IMG/VR virus record: IMGVR_UViG_3300025122_006404
Span: 23,672 to 87,671 of that record
DNA from: a virus
DNA: 64,000 bases
Direction: 5' to 3' (one strand)
Below are positions 38,959 through 48,719 of the stretch, piece by piece. The position numbers were made by a program, and so were the translations under genes. Position 1 is the stretch's first letter. The number at the start of each line of letters is the position of its first letter. Below the pieces are notes generated by a model. The model searched no databases and was not told the DNA's origin. It saw only the letters and a program-made list of their open reading frames with translations.

Positions 38959-40014
38959 ATGGGTGGATCTGACTCGATAGTCTTTAATCAGCAAAAATCA
39001 TTAATTGATATTTTTTTGGAACACGATATTTTTCGTGTAGAAAATATTAAAAAAATTGCATGGCTCGGCCTTTCAGATTTTAATAATGAGACTCTGCAAC
39101 ATTACAGTAAACTATTTCCTGAGGCAGAAATGAATCTCTTCGATATAGATTTAGGCAACTGGGATATTAACAAGTCATGGGATAATATTAGATCCTTTGA
39201 CCTGGTGGTGTGTCATAGAGTAACTCCCTATGTAGATGACATGGATAACTTTGTAGAGGAATTAAAAAAGTGTATTCAGTATAATAAAAATGTTATTTGT
39301 GATTTCACCTTGTATGCAAAATATTTGGGTGACTTTAAAGACGTTCACCCCCATTGGGAGAAAGGCTCGGGTCGGGCTGCCCCAGGACTAGAGGGAAATA
39401 AATTTGATTTTAGAAATATTTTTAATTTTAGATTATTTCACAATGTCGAGAGTTCAAATCCGCACAATATTCATGTTATTCCGCTTAAAGAGGGAGAGTA
39501 CCTAAGCTTCCCATATCCCTCTGTACCCGATGCATTTACAGAAAAAAACCTGATCGAAGAAGGTATTATTCCCGATTTTCATGTTTCTCTCCTCAATTTA
39601 ATAAAAGCGGATGTTTTGACATATGCTCTGTGGGCTTCAACCAAAACAAAGATATCTCAGAAGAACATTTTTAGGAAGATGATTTCGGCTTCCTATGGAT
39701 ATGACCTGTCTGTTCGAGAAATTCCCCGCGATTCTCATTTTTTCGAAAATCCCAAAAGTGAGAATGAAGATGAAAACAAGATGAAAACCAATAAAGAAAA
39801 ATATGATGATCTTATGCTTCGATTTGCGAAAGAGATGCATGAGGTTGGAGTTACAGAGGGGATGAAGAAGATTGTAGAGGCCCAACTTAATAGAATGCCC
39901 AATTCTGTTCAGAGCAGCGCAGACGAGACGACTCGCAAATTCACCTATATTCATGACGGTTACATGATTCAAGCCGAGCAAAAAGTTACTTTGACGGTAA
40001 AGAAGTGCAAGTAG
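38959..40014 (+). CDS. Degenerate methyltransferase-like protein with unrelated C-terminal segment
   Basis: IAWLG...FDID...FDLVVC; internal MKTNK could be a separate start. Confidence 0.45.
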   Translation: MGGSDSIVFNQQKSLIDIFLEHDIFRVENIKKIAWLGLSDFNNETLQHYSKLFPEAEMNLFDIDLGNWDINKSWDNIRSFDLVVCHRVTPYVDDMDNFVEELKKCIQYNKNVICDFTLYAKYLGDFKDVHPHWEKGSGRAAPGLEGNKFDFRNIFNFRLFHNVESSNPHNIHVIPLKEGEYLSFPYPSVPDAFTEKNLIEEGIIPDFHVSLLNLIKADVLTYALWASTKTKISQKNIFRKMISASYGYDLSVREIPRDSHFFENPKSENEDENKMKTNKEKYDDLMLRFAKEMHEVGVTEGMKKIVEAQLNRMPNSVQSSADETTRKFTYIHDGYMIQAEQKVTLTVKKCK

Positions 40015-40232
40015 GTGATTTGGTTATTCCGTGGGCAAGTTATCCACCAGCCTTCCCGTCTTTTTCAGATATCACAAGAAGTGATATCGGTATAGTAACC
40101 CAGCTGACAAGGATCGACGGCGATGCCATCGCCTGGGTTTTCTGGAATGACGGAAAGCATGAGTGGTCACCCAGAAAAGATATTGCAGTAATAAGCGATA
40201 GAGAAGAAGATTGGTTCAAACGAAAGCCATAA
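40005..40232 (+). CDS. MKVGDLV-family protein
   Basis: MQVGDLV...IGIV...VFWNDG...IAVIS. Confidence 0.75.
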   Translation: MQVGDLVIPWASYPPAFPSFSDITRSDIGIVTQLTRIDGDAIAWVFWNDGKHEWSPRKDIAVISDREEDWFKRKP

Positions 40233-40253
40233 TTATAATACGGAGACGTTAAC

Positions 40254-40460
40254 ATGAAAAAGGGAGACAGGGTGAAGATAAGAACATGTATGTCTAATTC
40301 TGGTGATTTTTCGATGTCTGGAAATGTGATGGAGGTTCATTGGATAGGTACAGCTGGATCGTGTTGTTGTTATCCAGCATCTGTATCTGTTTTACATGAT
40401 GACGGCGAGGAAAGAGACTGGAGATATGACCAATTGATTCATGGCGGGAGAGAAAAATGA
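40254..40460 (+). CDS. MKVGDLV-family protein
   Basis: MKKGDRV...VLHDDG. Confidence 0.7.
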   Translation: MKKGDRVKIRTCMSNSGDFSMSGNVMEVHWIGTAGSCCCYPASVSVLHDDGEERDWRYDQLIHGGREK

Positions 40461-40642
40461 GTATTTTAATTTCATATTTAGTTGGATTTGTTTTAACCTA
40501 TGCGTTTTTGTGTTATTCAGATCACCATAAAAAACAACGTGTACTCATTAAAGTAAATTCTAGAGATAAGAATTCTATTAAAAGAAGACTAGATACATGG
40601 GCATAGAAATAATTTAATTATTTTTGCTCATTGGGAGAGGTA

Positions 40643-41596
40643 GTGAAAGTGAGAGATAGAAGATTAGAAAGATTTGTTGAGGAAGAAGTGAGAAAAATTC
40701 TTCAAGAACAGGAATCAAGATCAAGTACGACAGACACCGGCGACACCGGCTACCCAGAAGACCCGGGAGTCACAGGTGAGATCGGGATTCCCAGTTTGGA
40801 AAAGGTGGATGAGCTTTTTAGACAAGCAAAAGAAGATATTTCTAGACACTATCGCAAACCCGCCTTTAAAAGACGAGTAATAAGATCAGGAATCATATCA
40901 GATGAAAGTGAATTTGACCGATTTCTTAGCAGCCTTTTAGAAGAGATAAATGAGGCAATGTGGGAATTTAGTGATGCCACACAGCAACAGACTCATCGAG
41001 GTGAATTGAGATATTTTCCCTCAGGGGACAACGAATCCTATTATGAGGAAAGGTTAGGTGAAGTCCCCGTTATAATAGTGATGAAAAATAGAATATCAGG
41101 GATGTCTCTAAAAGAAATGGAGGCGCTTTTTGTTCATGAGCTTTCTCATATTGAAAATATTCTTCTGGATGATTATTCAGTAGAGCGCGGACCCACGGGT
41201 CAGCGCGCTTTTAAGTCCGAGCTTGGAGATATCTTTCTTTCTCATGGGGGATTAAGGTCTCTTTTAGATACAAAGTTTAACGGAAATCAGAGGAAATGGG
41301 CCGACACAGTGACGCTGTGGACACGTTCCATTGGACCCAGGAGTCCCCAACATTTGCCGGAGATGAGAGCACGATTAGCTGAACTCAGAATAACAATGGA
41401 AAAAAGGCAAGAGACAATGGATGAGGTGATACAATTTTCAAGAGGTGCCACCTATGAGCAGATAGTATCTAGATATGGAGAAAATCCTGCCCATTTTCTT
41501 ATCTTTCTTGATTACAGTAAGAATTTGTCAGAGTTAATTAACATGATTGATCGCATTGCATCAGTGTCTAAGATTTCAAAACAATCGTATGGATAA
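40643..41596 (+). CDS. Leader-tagged HExxH protein
   Basis: MKVRDRRLERFVEEEVRKILQE from GTG 40643; VHELSH...EMRAR. Confidence 0.65.
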   Translation: MKVRDRRLERFVEEEVRKILQEQESRSSTTDTGDTGYPEDPGVTGEIGIPSLEKVDELFRQAKEDISRHYRKPAFKRRVIRSGIISDESEFDRFLSSLLEEINEAMWEFSDATQQQTHRGELRYFPSGDNESYYEERLGEVPVIIVMKNRISGMSLKEMEALFVHELSHIENILLDDYSVERGPTGQRAFKSELGDIFLSHGGLRSLLDTKFNGNQRKWADTVTLWTRSIGPRSPQHLPEMRARLAELRITMEKRQETMDEVIQFSRGATYEQIVSRYGENPAHFLIFLDYSKNLSELINMIDRIASVSKISKQSYG

Positions 41597-41606
41597 TGAA
41601 ATTCTC

Positions 41607-41635
41607 GTGTAAACTGTTTTGCAATGTGGTATAAT
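41607..41635 (+). promoter_or_regulatory. Sigma70-like promoter for cglF-like gene
   Basis: GTGTAA-N17-TATAAT with TG extension. Confidence 0.72.
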
Positions 41636-41661
41636 AGAGATACGTAAAAGGAGAAAATTTT

Positions 41662-41922
41662 ATGCGTAATATGTTTGTTTTTGTTGTCCTGCTTTTTCCA
41701 GGAACCTCGTTTGCTCAGGATTCCGATCCCGACTCATCTAGAAATATTATCTATAAGCAGAGGACCGAAATTGATTTTGAAGGCGTAGAAATTTCCGGTG
41801 AGCTTGTTAAGCCGCAAGGCGGTTTGATCGTTGAACGTCGAGCTGGTCAGTTTAATCCTCTTATTAGGCTGCGTGAAGATTTTAATCGTGAGATCAACAT
41901 GTCTGTTGATGCTATCAGGTAA
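41662..41922 (+). CDS. cglF: CglF/GltF-like adventurous gliding motility protein
   Basis: Signal ending SFA-QD; TEIDFE..I.GEL.KP.G...LIRLREDF....SV signature recognised from myxobacterial CglF. Confidence 0.75.
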   Translation: MRNMFVFVVLLFPGTSFAQDSDPDSSRNIIYKQRTEIDFEGVEISGELVKPQGGLIVERRAGQFNPLIRLREDFNREINMSVDAIR

Positions 41923-42042
41923 AATCTAAAATCAGAAAATATCTTTTTCCGACTATTAAATAGATATTTCTGGCAAATCACGCTCCGTTCACAACAGGTG
42001 TGAACCTCTCGTGATTCAGCTGATTCACCCCGGAAAAAGATC

Positions 42043-42270
42043 ATGAAACTAAGACAACTCCTCGCACGTCACCTGCGGGAGTCCAGGGAGACCTACTGGC
42101 AACACCTGGCATTCACTGTGTGGATGGGGGTTAACCTCATTGCCCTTGGATTCCTGTTGCTGGTGCACGGACTGCTGCCCTTCCTCCTCACCAGGACGGT
42201 GAGTGAGCGTCTCTACTACATAGTGGATGACTTCGAGGAGCGGGCCCTGCGTAGGCGGGGACCCCGATAA
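42043..42270 (+). CDS. DUF6356-like small membrane protein
   Basis: H....ETYWQHLAF...VHGLLPFL..TVS; GC-rich. Confidence 0.7.
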   Translation: MKLRQLLARHLRESRETYWQHLAFTVWMGVNLIALGFLLLVHGLLPFLLTRTVSERLYYIVDDFEERALRRRGPR

Positions 42271-42358
42271 ATAAGTTTTAAACAACGGGTATAATCGACG
42301 TATAATTTCCTAATGGGAGCTGATCATCAGCGTCCCTGCATAAAAAGGAAATTTAGAG

Positions 42359-44278
42359 ATGCATAGATCAATTATCTGCTCTCTCGCTCTGATCGGTGCT
42401 TGTGCACCCCAGGGTGAGGACACCACCGCGGCAGACACCGCACAGGCGACGAAGGCCGCCCACAGCCGAATCGGGGGCCTGGTGCTCTCCGAGACCGGAG
42501 CCCCGCTGGAGGACGTACAGGTGCGGTTGCACAACACGGTCACCCGTACCGGCCCGAATGGCGATTACCTCCTCGAGGACATCACACCTGAGTCGGACCT
42601 GGTGATACAATTTACTCTCCAGGGATACGCGCGCAGCTACACCCGGGTGAGCCTTAATCCCTGGGAGACCGCCACGTCTAACGTGACCCTGCTGCCGATT
42701 GACGGCTCGGACACCTTCGAGGGTGCTCTGGGAGGCACCGCCCTGGTGAATCAGGTGTCAGCCACCTTCCCGGCTGGAGCCCTGGTGGACGCCTGGGGAA
42801 ACACCTATAACGGCACGGTCACCGTAGAGCTGACCCACCTGGATCCGAGATCTGAGAGGATGGCCGGGGCACCCGGAGACCTGTCGGCGCTGGCAGTAAA
42901 GAGAAGCGATACCCCGGGAAGCCTCACTTACGTGCCCACGCAGCTGGTGTCATACGGCATGGTTGACATCACCCCGTACGGGGATACTGGGGAAATGCTC
43001 ACGCTGAAAGAGGGCGCGGGTGCCACCTTGAGCATTCCGATTAACAATAGTGGACTACCAGATGAGAAGCAGCTACGACCTGGCGACTCTGAGTCCTCCT
43101 GGTCATTTAACCCCGACTCTGGGGTCTGGATGGAAGAGGGCGAGGGAACCGTGAGAGAGGGCTCCCAGGGAGCCCTCTTCTTTGAGTTCCAGGCCTCACA
43201 CTTCTCCTGGTGGAATTGTGATCAGGGTTTCGTGCCCACCTGCGCTTCCGGTCGGGTCCTGGACGTCCTGGACTTCCCGGTGAGAGGCGCCACTGTGCGC
43301 TGCGCTGGGGGTCAGACCAGCTCCACTGCCAGCACTGATGAGGATGGCTATTACGTCTGTGACGTCCTGGCCGGGGATAATGTCTCCCTGTCAGCTGCCA
43401 CCTTCGTGGGTGGACGCTCCTGGGAGGCTTCCGCCGGAGGCTATGCCATCGACGGCTCCACAGCCAGCGCCAGCGACTGTCAGCCCCTCCCGGATCTCCA
43501 GATCCAGGTGTGTCGGGTGGCGGGAGCCATCACGGTCGAGAACTCTAACGCCATGCTGGACGATAAAGAGGAACCTGCGGATCACGTGTCTGCCATCTTC
43601 TGGACCCCTCCAGGTGACGTGGCCTACTGTCAGAATCCCTGGGATGCCCTGGAGGAGGATGACTGCTGGGTGGGATCCAGTGAGGAGGTGGTCAGCCACT
43701 TTCCAGAGAGTGCCTTCCCTGGGGTCCCGGAGGAGAGCCGCTCGGTGGGCAGCTGGTTCGAGGTGAACGGGTATCGGATGGCACGTCAGGACCTATCAGG
43801 TCTCCCCTACTACAGCTGGCAGAGCCACGAGATGAGCTCGACCGGTGAGGTCCGCACCGAGCGTCCGGAATTCTCCGTCGGGGAGCGGTTGGAAGCCACA
43901 GCCCCGGGAGACCATGATAGCTATTTCGGCGCATGGGAAAGCGACAGCTTTTCCCAGGTTCCTAATCGGGTCACCTTCAACGACCGGGACTCGGAGATGA
44001 CCTGGACCGGCGGCTTCCTTAACTTCTCCTATGAGGGTTCGGGTGACGGCGAGCTGCTGGTATTTGGCAGCCTTCCAGGAGAGATGCAGATCATCTGTAA
44101 GGTGCGAGATGACGGTTACGTCACCATCTCAGGAGATCACTTCCAGGAGGTGATCGAGGGCTGGGGCGGAATTAGCATCCAGCGCCTGGATACCGGTCTC
44201 AGTGCGGGTCCCGACGGTCTGCCGATCTGGTCCCAGGTGTTCTCGGGAGAGACGAAGTCCCTCCTCATCGATCAGTAA
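42359..44278 (+). CDS. Large lipoprotein with carboxypeptidase-regulatory-like beta-sandwich domains
   Basis: IGAC lipobox; G.V....G.PL..V.V; HFSWWNCD; markedly GC-rich. Confidence 0.8.
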   Translation: MHRSIICSLALIGACAPQGEDTTAADTAQATKAAHSRIGGLVLSETGAPLEDVQVRLHNTVTRTGPNGDYLLEDITPESDLVIQFTLQGYARSYTRVSLNPWETATSNVTLLPIDGSDTFEGALGGTALVNQVSATFPAGALVDAWGNTYNGTVTVELTHLDPRSERMAGAPGDLSALAVKRSDTPGSLTYVPTQLVSYGMVDITPYGDTGEMLTLKEGAGATLSIPINNSGLPDEKQLRPGDSESSWSFNPDSGVWMEEGEGTVREGSQGALFFEFQASHFSWWNCDQGFVPTCASGRVLDVLDFPVRGATVRCAGGQTSSTASTDEDGYYVCDVLAGDNVSLSAATFVGGRSWEASAGGYAIDGSTASASDCQPLPDLQIQVCRVAGAITVENSNAMLDDKEEPADHVSAIFWTPPGDVAYCQNPWDALEEDDCWVGSSEEVVSHFPESAFPGVPEESRSVGSWFEVNGYRMARQDLSGLPYYSWQSHEMSSTGEVRTERPEFSVGERLEATAPGDHDSYFGAWESDSFSQVPNRVTFNDRDSEMTWTGGFLNFSYEGSGDGELLVFGSLPGEMQIICKVRDDGYVTISGDHFQEVIEGWGGISIQRLDTGLSAGPDGLPIWSQVFSGETKSLLIDQ

Positions 44279-44376
44279 GAAATCTCAAGGGATTTCTGCT
44301 CTCACTATTGCGCTCCGGTTCATTTAACTTGTCCCGGGGCGTAATAAGTATCTATATCTGGTCATGAGGGAGAAAG

Positions 44377-45483
44377 ATGAGACTAACACGCAGGGTATTA
44401 AGGGGACTTATCTCTGATGAGATGCTGTTCCTTCATGAGAGCAACGCAGTTCAGGTGGGCGATGATGATGATCCCTCCACCCTGGACGCAGATGATCTAA
44501 GGGCCACAGCTGATCAGCTGGATCCGGCTGCAGCTGAGGAGATAGGTGAACCTGGTTCAGATTGGTATGTAACACGCGTGACATCGGATACGGCGATTCG
44601 ACCGGGCGAGGAGATCCAAATTGTCAAGGGCGGATCAGGCCTTGATACTGGGTGGGCAGTCATCGATAATCCATACTATCGCTTTAAGAAAGGCCATCCA
44701 GAACACGACCCTGACTGGAGAAGGAAGGACGGTGAGACTGTTATCGGTGTTGAAGAAGGGACACCTGGTTCGAAACCTGTTGCCGACATGTATCAGATAT
44801 TTTATGACGATGAAAAGCGTGAGAAAAAGAAGTATGATGCGTGGGTCGCTCGGGCTCAGGCTGAGTACGAGGCTGAGGAGGCTACGACCGAGGACCCACA
44901 CGAGTGGATGGAGGATCGCTTCCACCAGGATCAAGCTGACTGGCCTGATCCTGCAGAAGTGGAGGCAGAGTACGAGGCCGAGAAGCAGCTAATGAGAACT
45001 CCGGAGTCTGAGTGGGAGCTCAGTCCCACCCGAGGCCACGCGCGTCGGCTCTCTGAGCACCTCACCAGGTCCACGATCAGAAAGATGATTCTCGAGGCCG
45101 TCAGGGATGTATACCGAGAGGCCTCAGACCCTGCTGGTGTGACCCAGGTGGGAGATGATGACGATCCATCCACCCTGGATGCGGATGACCTTAGAGCCAC
45201 CGCTGATGAGATGGAAGCCGGAGAAGAAGATGAGGTGCCATCACTTGACCTTGGTCTCACCAGACGCCAAACCGAAATTACAGAATATCTGAACAGCGCG
45301 GGTTTCGAGCATGGGATCAGTTATGAGTGGGACCCTCATGATGAGGAGTCGATCATTGTTCTTCAGGATAGCATGGGAGATTTTGAGGATGATTACGATA
45401 TGATCTTTCACTACCTGGACCGAGAAGGGTATAACCCCTTCAGCAGAGGAGACACCATTAATCTAGGACAGGACCCGCAGTGA
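44377..45483 (+). CDS. Leader-tagged acidic protein with duplicated TLDADDLR motif
   Basis: MRLTRRVLRGLISDE; second leader HLTRSTIRKMILE; QVGDDDDPSTLDADDLRATAD twice. Confidence 0.75.
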   Translation: MRLTRRVLRGLISDEMLFLHESNAVQVGDDDDPSTLDADDLRATADQLDPAAAEEIGEPGSDWYVTRVTSDTAIRPGEEIQIVKGGSGLDTGWAVIDNPYYRFKKGHPEHDPDWRRKDGETVIGVEEGTPGSKPVADMYQIFYDDEKREKKKYDAWVARAQAEYEAEEATTEDPHEWMEDRFHQDQADWPDPAEVEAEYEAEKQLMRTPESEWELSPTRGHARRLSEHLTRSTIRKMILEAVRDVYREASDPAGVTQVGDDDDPSTLDADDLRATADEMEAGEEDEVPSLDLGLTRRQTEITEYLNSAGFEHGISYEWDPHDEESIIVLQDSMGDFEDDYDMIFHYLDREGYNPFSRGDTINLGQDPQ

Positions 45484-45710
45484 GAAATTTAGCTGTCAGC
45501 TTAACCATGCTTTATTTTGGACCTCTAGCCTTTGCAATCATGCAGTCCGATGATCTCCCTGCGATGGAGCGGGATGCGGGAGCCATAGAGCTCTATCTTC
45601 AGGATAAACAGGATCATGAGAATTACTGCCCTGAATTACCTTGGAAGCAGCCGAAGCTAGAGAAATATAAGGAGGAGCTCAGCTCCTATCTACCGGAGAA
45701 TTGTAAATGA
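45480..45710 (+). CDS. Small secreted hypothetical protein
   Basis: Hydrophobic N-terminus; GTGA/ATGA overlaps at both ends. Confidence 0.55.
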   Translation: MRNLAVSLTMLYFGPLAFAIMQSDDLPAMERDAGAIELYLQDKQDHENYCPELPWKQPKLEKYKEELSSYLPENCK

Positions 45711-47461
45711 GAATTACAGAATCACAGCTTAGAAGATTTATCGCTGAAGAGATATCGAGACTCTTAGAGGTAGACGAAAATCAGGGTTTACAAGAAGTTG
45801 CTGAAGCGATCCGTCTTGGAGACTCCATTAGCGGAGAAGTTGCTGAGGGGATGAAAGAGAGAATGCTGGTGGGGAATTTGAACCCGAATTTCGATCAGCC
45901 TCCCACGCAAGACAGTGGTCTGATAGAATTACTGGCGAGACATCAGGATCGATTATTGGAGGAATATCTTCGATCGAATCCCCAGGCAACAGAGGTTCCA
46001 TCAGATATAAAACAGCAAATGGTATCGGAATCCAGCAGCATTGCTGCAACAGAGTGGAAGCGATTACATCCTGAATCTGACATTTTAAACAGCTACATCG
46101 ATGAGATTTCCGACAAGTCAGGTATCAATGTTCGATCTATTGCCCCACCTTCCTGGAAGGAGTTTGCGGAAAGGTATGCTTATGAGCTTACCTACATGTT
46201 TGTATTTGGATTTATTGACAATCTAGTTCTAATTATAGCTGCTTCAGTTCTCGATGTAATGCTAATAGCTAGATTTGGAGCCACAGGGACGGGTGCTTTG
46301 GTAGCAGGCGGATACGGTAATCTCATCTCCGATGTGATGGGAGATATCTTTGGAGCTTCCGTCGAAAGTATGCTTAAAGGAACTGACCTCGCAGAAAGAA
46401 TGGCAACCGATGAGCAGATGGAGCTAGCCACCCCTTTTCAGCAGATGCTTGTAAATTCTGCGTCCACCGTCGGCGTGGCTTTGGGCTGCATCGCGGGATT
46501 GAAAGTAGGGCTTATGATAGTTAAGGGGGTAGGAACAGCAGCACTAGCTGGGTCTCTCATGGGATCTGGTGGGTCAGGAGGACAGCAGCAACTGTTTCGT
46601 ACTACAGCTCGTCAAGCATGGAAGCAGGCACTTCGATCACCCCATAGAGTGGTAACATCCTTTGAAGGGGTTGCCGCTGCAACCATTACTGGAGCGACCA
46701 TCACAGTTGCCTCTGTGGCTACACTTGTGGCAGCAGGCTTTCTAGGGTACGGTTGGCACACGATGCAAACAGCTCTTAATGAGATGACAAAAAGCTCTCT
46801 TGAAAGTGGCCTGGGAATAGTTCGAAATAGGCTTCATAAGATATGGAATACAGAATATCCTGATGATCATCTTGGTAGAGGAGAGTTCACAGAGGAGCGC
46901 TTCTTAAGCATGTTGGACACGAACAGGGAAGATGTGCAAAGGATATGGAATGAAGAGATGTCAATAGCTCGATCCTATAGCGGTAATCCGGACATCAATA
47001 AAAACATGGTGTGGGAGTTTGTTAAGGGCATGTCAGAGGCTTTGGGACTTGATGATCCAAATGAAAATATATCGCTAGATGAGGCTCGCTGGCTAAAGAT
47101 TGCCGGAATCCACGAAGCATCAGACGTCCCCAGCGGGGACGCCTTCATATCCCCTCCCCCAGGAGAGGAGGAGACCTACTCAAGTGAGTTCGCCTATGCA
47201 ACCGGCTATGAAGACGTGGATCCGGTTCACAATGAAATCGTCTCTGCTGTATTCGATCGGGTGGAGGACACTGCACTTTTAAACATGGGTGTGGACAGAA
47301 GGGACATCGTCCTTGGTGGGCTTGACAATGAGATGGAAGCCCGAGAGGAAGCAGGACACGAGCTCGACTTCTCTGAAATTGATCTTAAAAATATTGTTAA
47401 TGATGTCATGATAGATCTTGCTGCAGTTGAGAAGCAACAGACTAAGAAGGCCAGCAGATGA
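45707..47461 (+). CDS. Leader-tagged multi-TM protein with TMEM65-like domain
   Basis: MRITESQLRRFIAEE; FGFIDNLVLIIA...GNLISDVMG; RWLKIAGI. Confidence 0.7.
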   Translation: MRITESQLRRFIAEEISRLLEVDENQGLQEVAEAIRLGDSISGEVAEGMKERMLVGNLNPNFDQPPTQDSGLIELLARHQDRLLEEYLRSNPQATEVPSDIKQQMVSESSSIAATEWKRLHPESDILNSYIDEISDKSGINVRSIAPPSWKEFAERYAYELTYMFVFGFIDNLVLIIAASVLDVMLIARFGATGTGALVAGGYGNLISDVMGDIFGASVESMLKGTDLAERMATDEQMELATPFQQMLVNSASTVGVALGCIAGLKVGLMIVKGVGTAALAGSLMGSGGSGGQQQLFRTTARQAWKQALRSPHRVVTSFEGVAAATITGATITVASVATLVAAGFLGYGWHTMQTALNEMTKSSLESGLGIVRNRLHKIWNTEYPDDHLGRGEFTEERFLSMLDTNREDVQRIWNEEMSIARSYSGNPDINKNMVWEFVKGMSEALGLDDPNENISLDEARWLKIAGIHEASDVPSGDAFISPPPGEEETYSSEFAYATGYEDVDPVHNEIVSAVFDRVEDTALLNMGVDRRDIVLGGLDNEMEAREEAGHELDFSEIDLKNIVNDVMIDLAAVEKQQTKKASR

Positions 47462-47994
47462 AACTTACAAGAAAAGACTTACGAAGACTCATCAAGGAAG
47501 AAATTACCAAGCTGAGTGAAGCAACACGCTCAAAACCTTGGGCATGGGAGCTTCCAGAGTCTTCAGTCCCGGAAACAGAAAGTATGCCAGACATCGAGGC
47601 CGAACAAGGCACCGAGAAATCTTTTGATATCGACATCTATGGAAGTCCGGTCTCTACTTCAGTTAAATTTGTTAGCTCAGAAACTCCTTACGATCAGACG
47701 GTCACAAAGCTCCAGATCATGCCTCATGGAGAGAAGTTTGAAGATGTGAATTTTTACGGTAGCACGGTAGATGACCTCGCTAATGAGATAATTAGCTATC
47801 TAGAACCAGAGACGTCTGAGAATGGTATGTACTGGTTCCTCGATGGAGACTACGAGGAATTCGAGCAGGAATTTAAAGGACTCATCATTGCGACTCTAAA
47901 AGAGTTGGGGATAGATCCAGAATCTGATGAAAAAATTAGGACAGACTACAGAGATAGAGAGCATAATCCCGATTATGATCCCTACGGAGAGTAG
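47458..47994 (+). CDS. Leader-tagged hypothetical protein
   Basis: MKLTRKDLRRLIKEEITKLSE. Confidence 0.78.
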   Translation: MKLTRKDLRRLIKEEITKLSEATRSKPWAWELPESSVPETESMPDIEAEQGTEKSFDIDIYGSPVSTSVKFVSSETPYDQTVTKLQIMPHGEKFEDVNFYGSTVDDLANEIISYLEPETSENGMYWFLDGDYEEFEQEFKGLIIATLKELGIDPESDEKIRTDYRDREHNPDYDPYGE

Positions 47995-47995
47995 T

Positions 47996-48235
47996 GTGAA
48001 AATCACGCGCAGACAATTAAGAAGATTAATTCTAGAAACCTTTCATCAGGGAATCCGACCCATGAAAGACGTGATCTCACCGGAGATCCAGCATGAGATG
48101 AGGGTCATTCAGATGAAGAACTTCTTTATTGCCATGAAAAAACGTGGACACTCTAATGAGGAAATAGCTGCAGCAGCTCAGGATGCTGTACAGTCCTTGT
48201 ATTCTGCTGAGGCTGAAGGAGAGCAATCAATATAG
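47996..48235 (+). CDS. Leader-tagged hypothetical protein
   Basis: GTG 47996: MKITRRQLRRLILE. Confidence 0.75.
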   Translation: MKITRRQLRRLILETFHQGIRPMKDVISPEIQHEMRVIQMKNFFIAMKKRGHSNEEIAAAAQDAVQSLYSAEAEGEQSI

Positions 48236-48637
48236 ATGTCTAGATCAAAGCTCAAGGAGGGAGATCTGGTCGTGGCTGTTGGAGCCACTCTCACCCATAA
48301 GGGCCCGTCTGAGAGGCATCGCATTATGGCTCACATCATTGCCACGGGAAAGTATGACGTCTTTGCCCAGGAGGAGGGTAGCAACAGAGTTTTTAAAATC
48401 AGTGGCAATCGATGTCTTAAGGTAAACGACGGAGACGTGGATTCCACAGCGGAGGTCACGGTTCCTAAGCTTGGAGATCTCGTCTTATCTATTTCTGAGA
48501 GATTTGGAAAAGTTGAGAAAAAAATGGGTGTGCTGATGGAAATTGTTGATGTTCCGGGAAGGTCGATGATGGTTAAGCTGATGAATGGCGACAAGTCTGA
48601 GACCGCGTTATTTGATAATTTAATTGTTTTGGAATAA
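48236..48637 (+). CDS. Tandem double xGDLV-domain protein
   Basis: LKEGDLVV and PKLGDLVL. Confidence 0.7.
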   Translation: MSRSKLKEGDLVVAVGATLTHKGPSERHRIMAHIIATGKYDVFAQEEGSNRVFKISGNRCLKVNDGDVDSTAEVTVPKLGDLVLSISERFGKVEKKMGVLMEIVDVPGRSMMVKLMNGDKSETALFDNLIVLE

Positions 48638-48719
48638 ACCTTTCTCTTCCCACACTGATTACCTATATATTTTTGAATTCTGACATTACCAATAATAATT
48701 ATTTAAAGAGGCGTCCCTG

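Noticed and set aside
42043-42270. MKLRQLLARHLRE as a member of the tag family
   Set aside because: Lacks T and IIxEE; the H is part of the DUF6356-like motif and the gene lies in the GC-rich island
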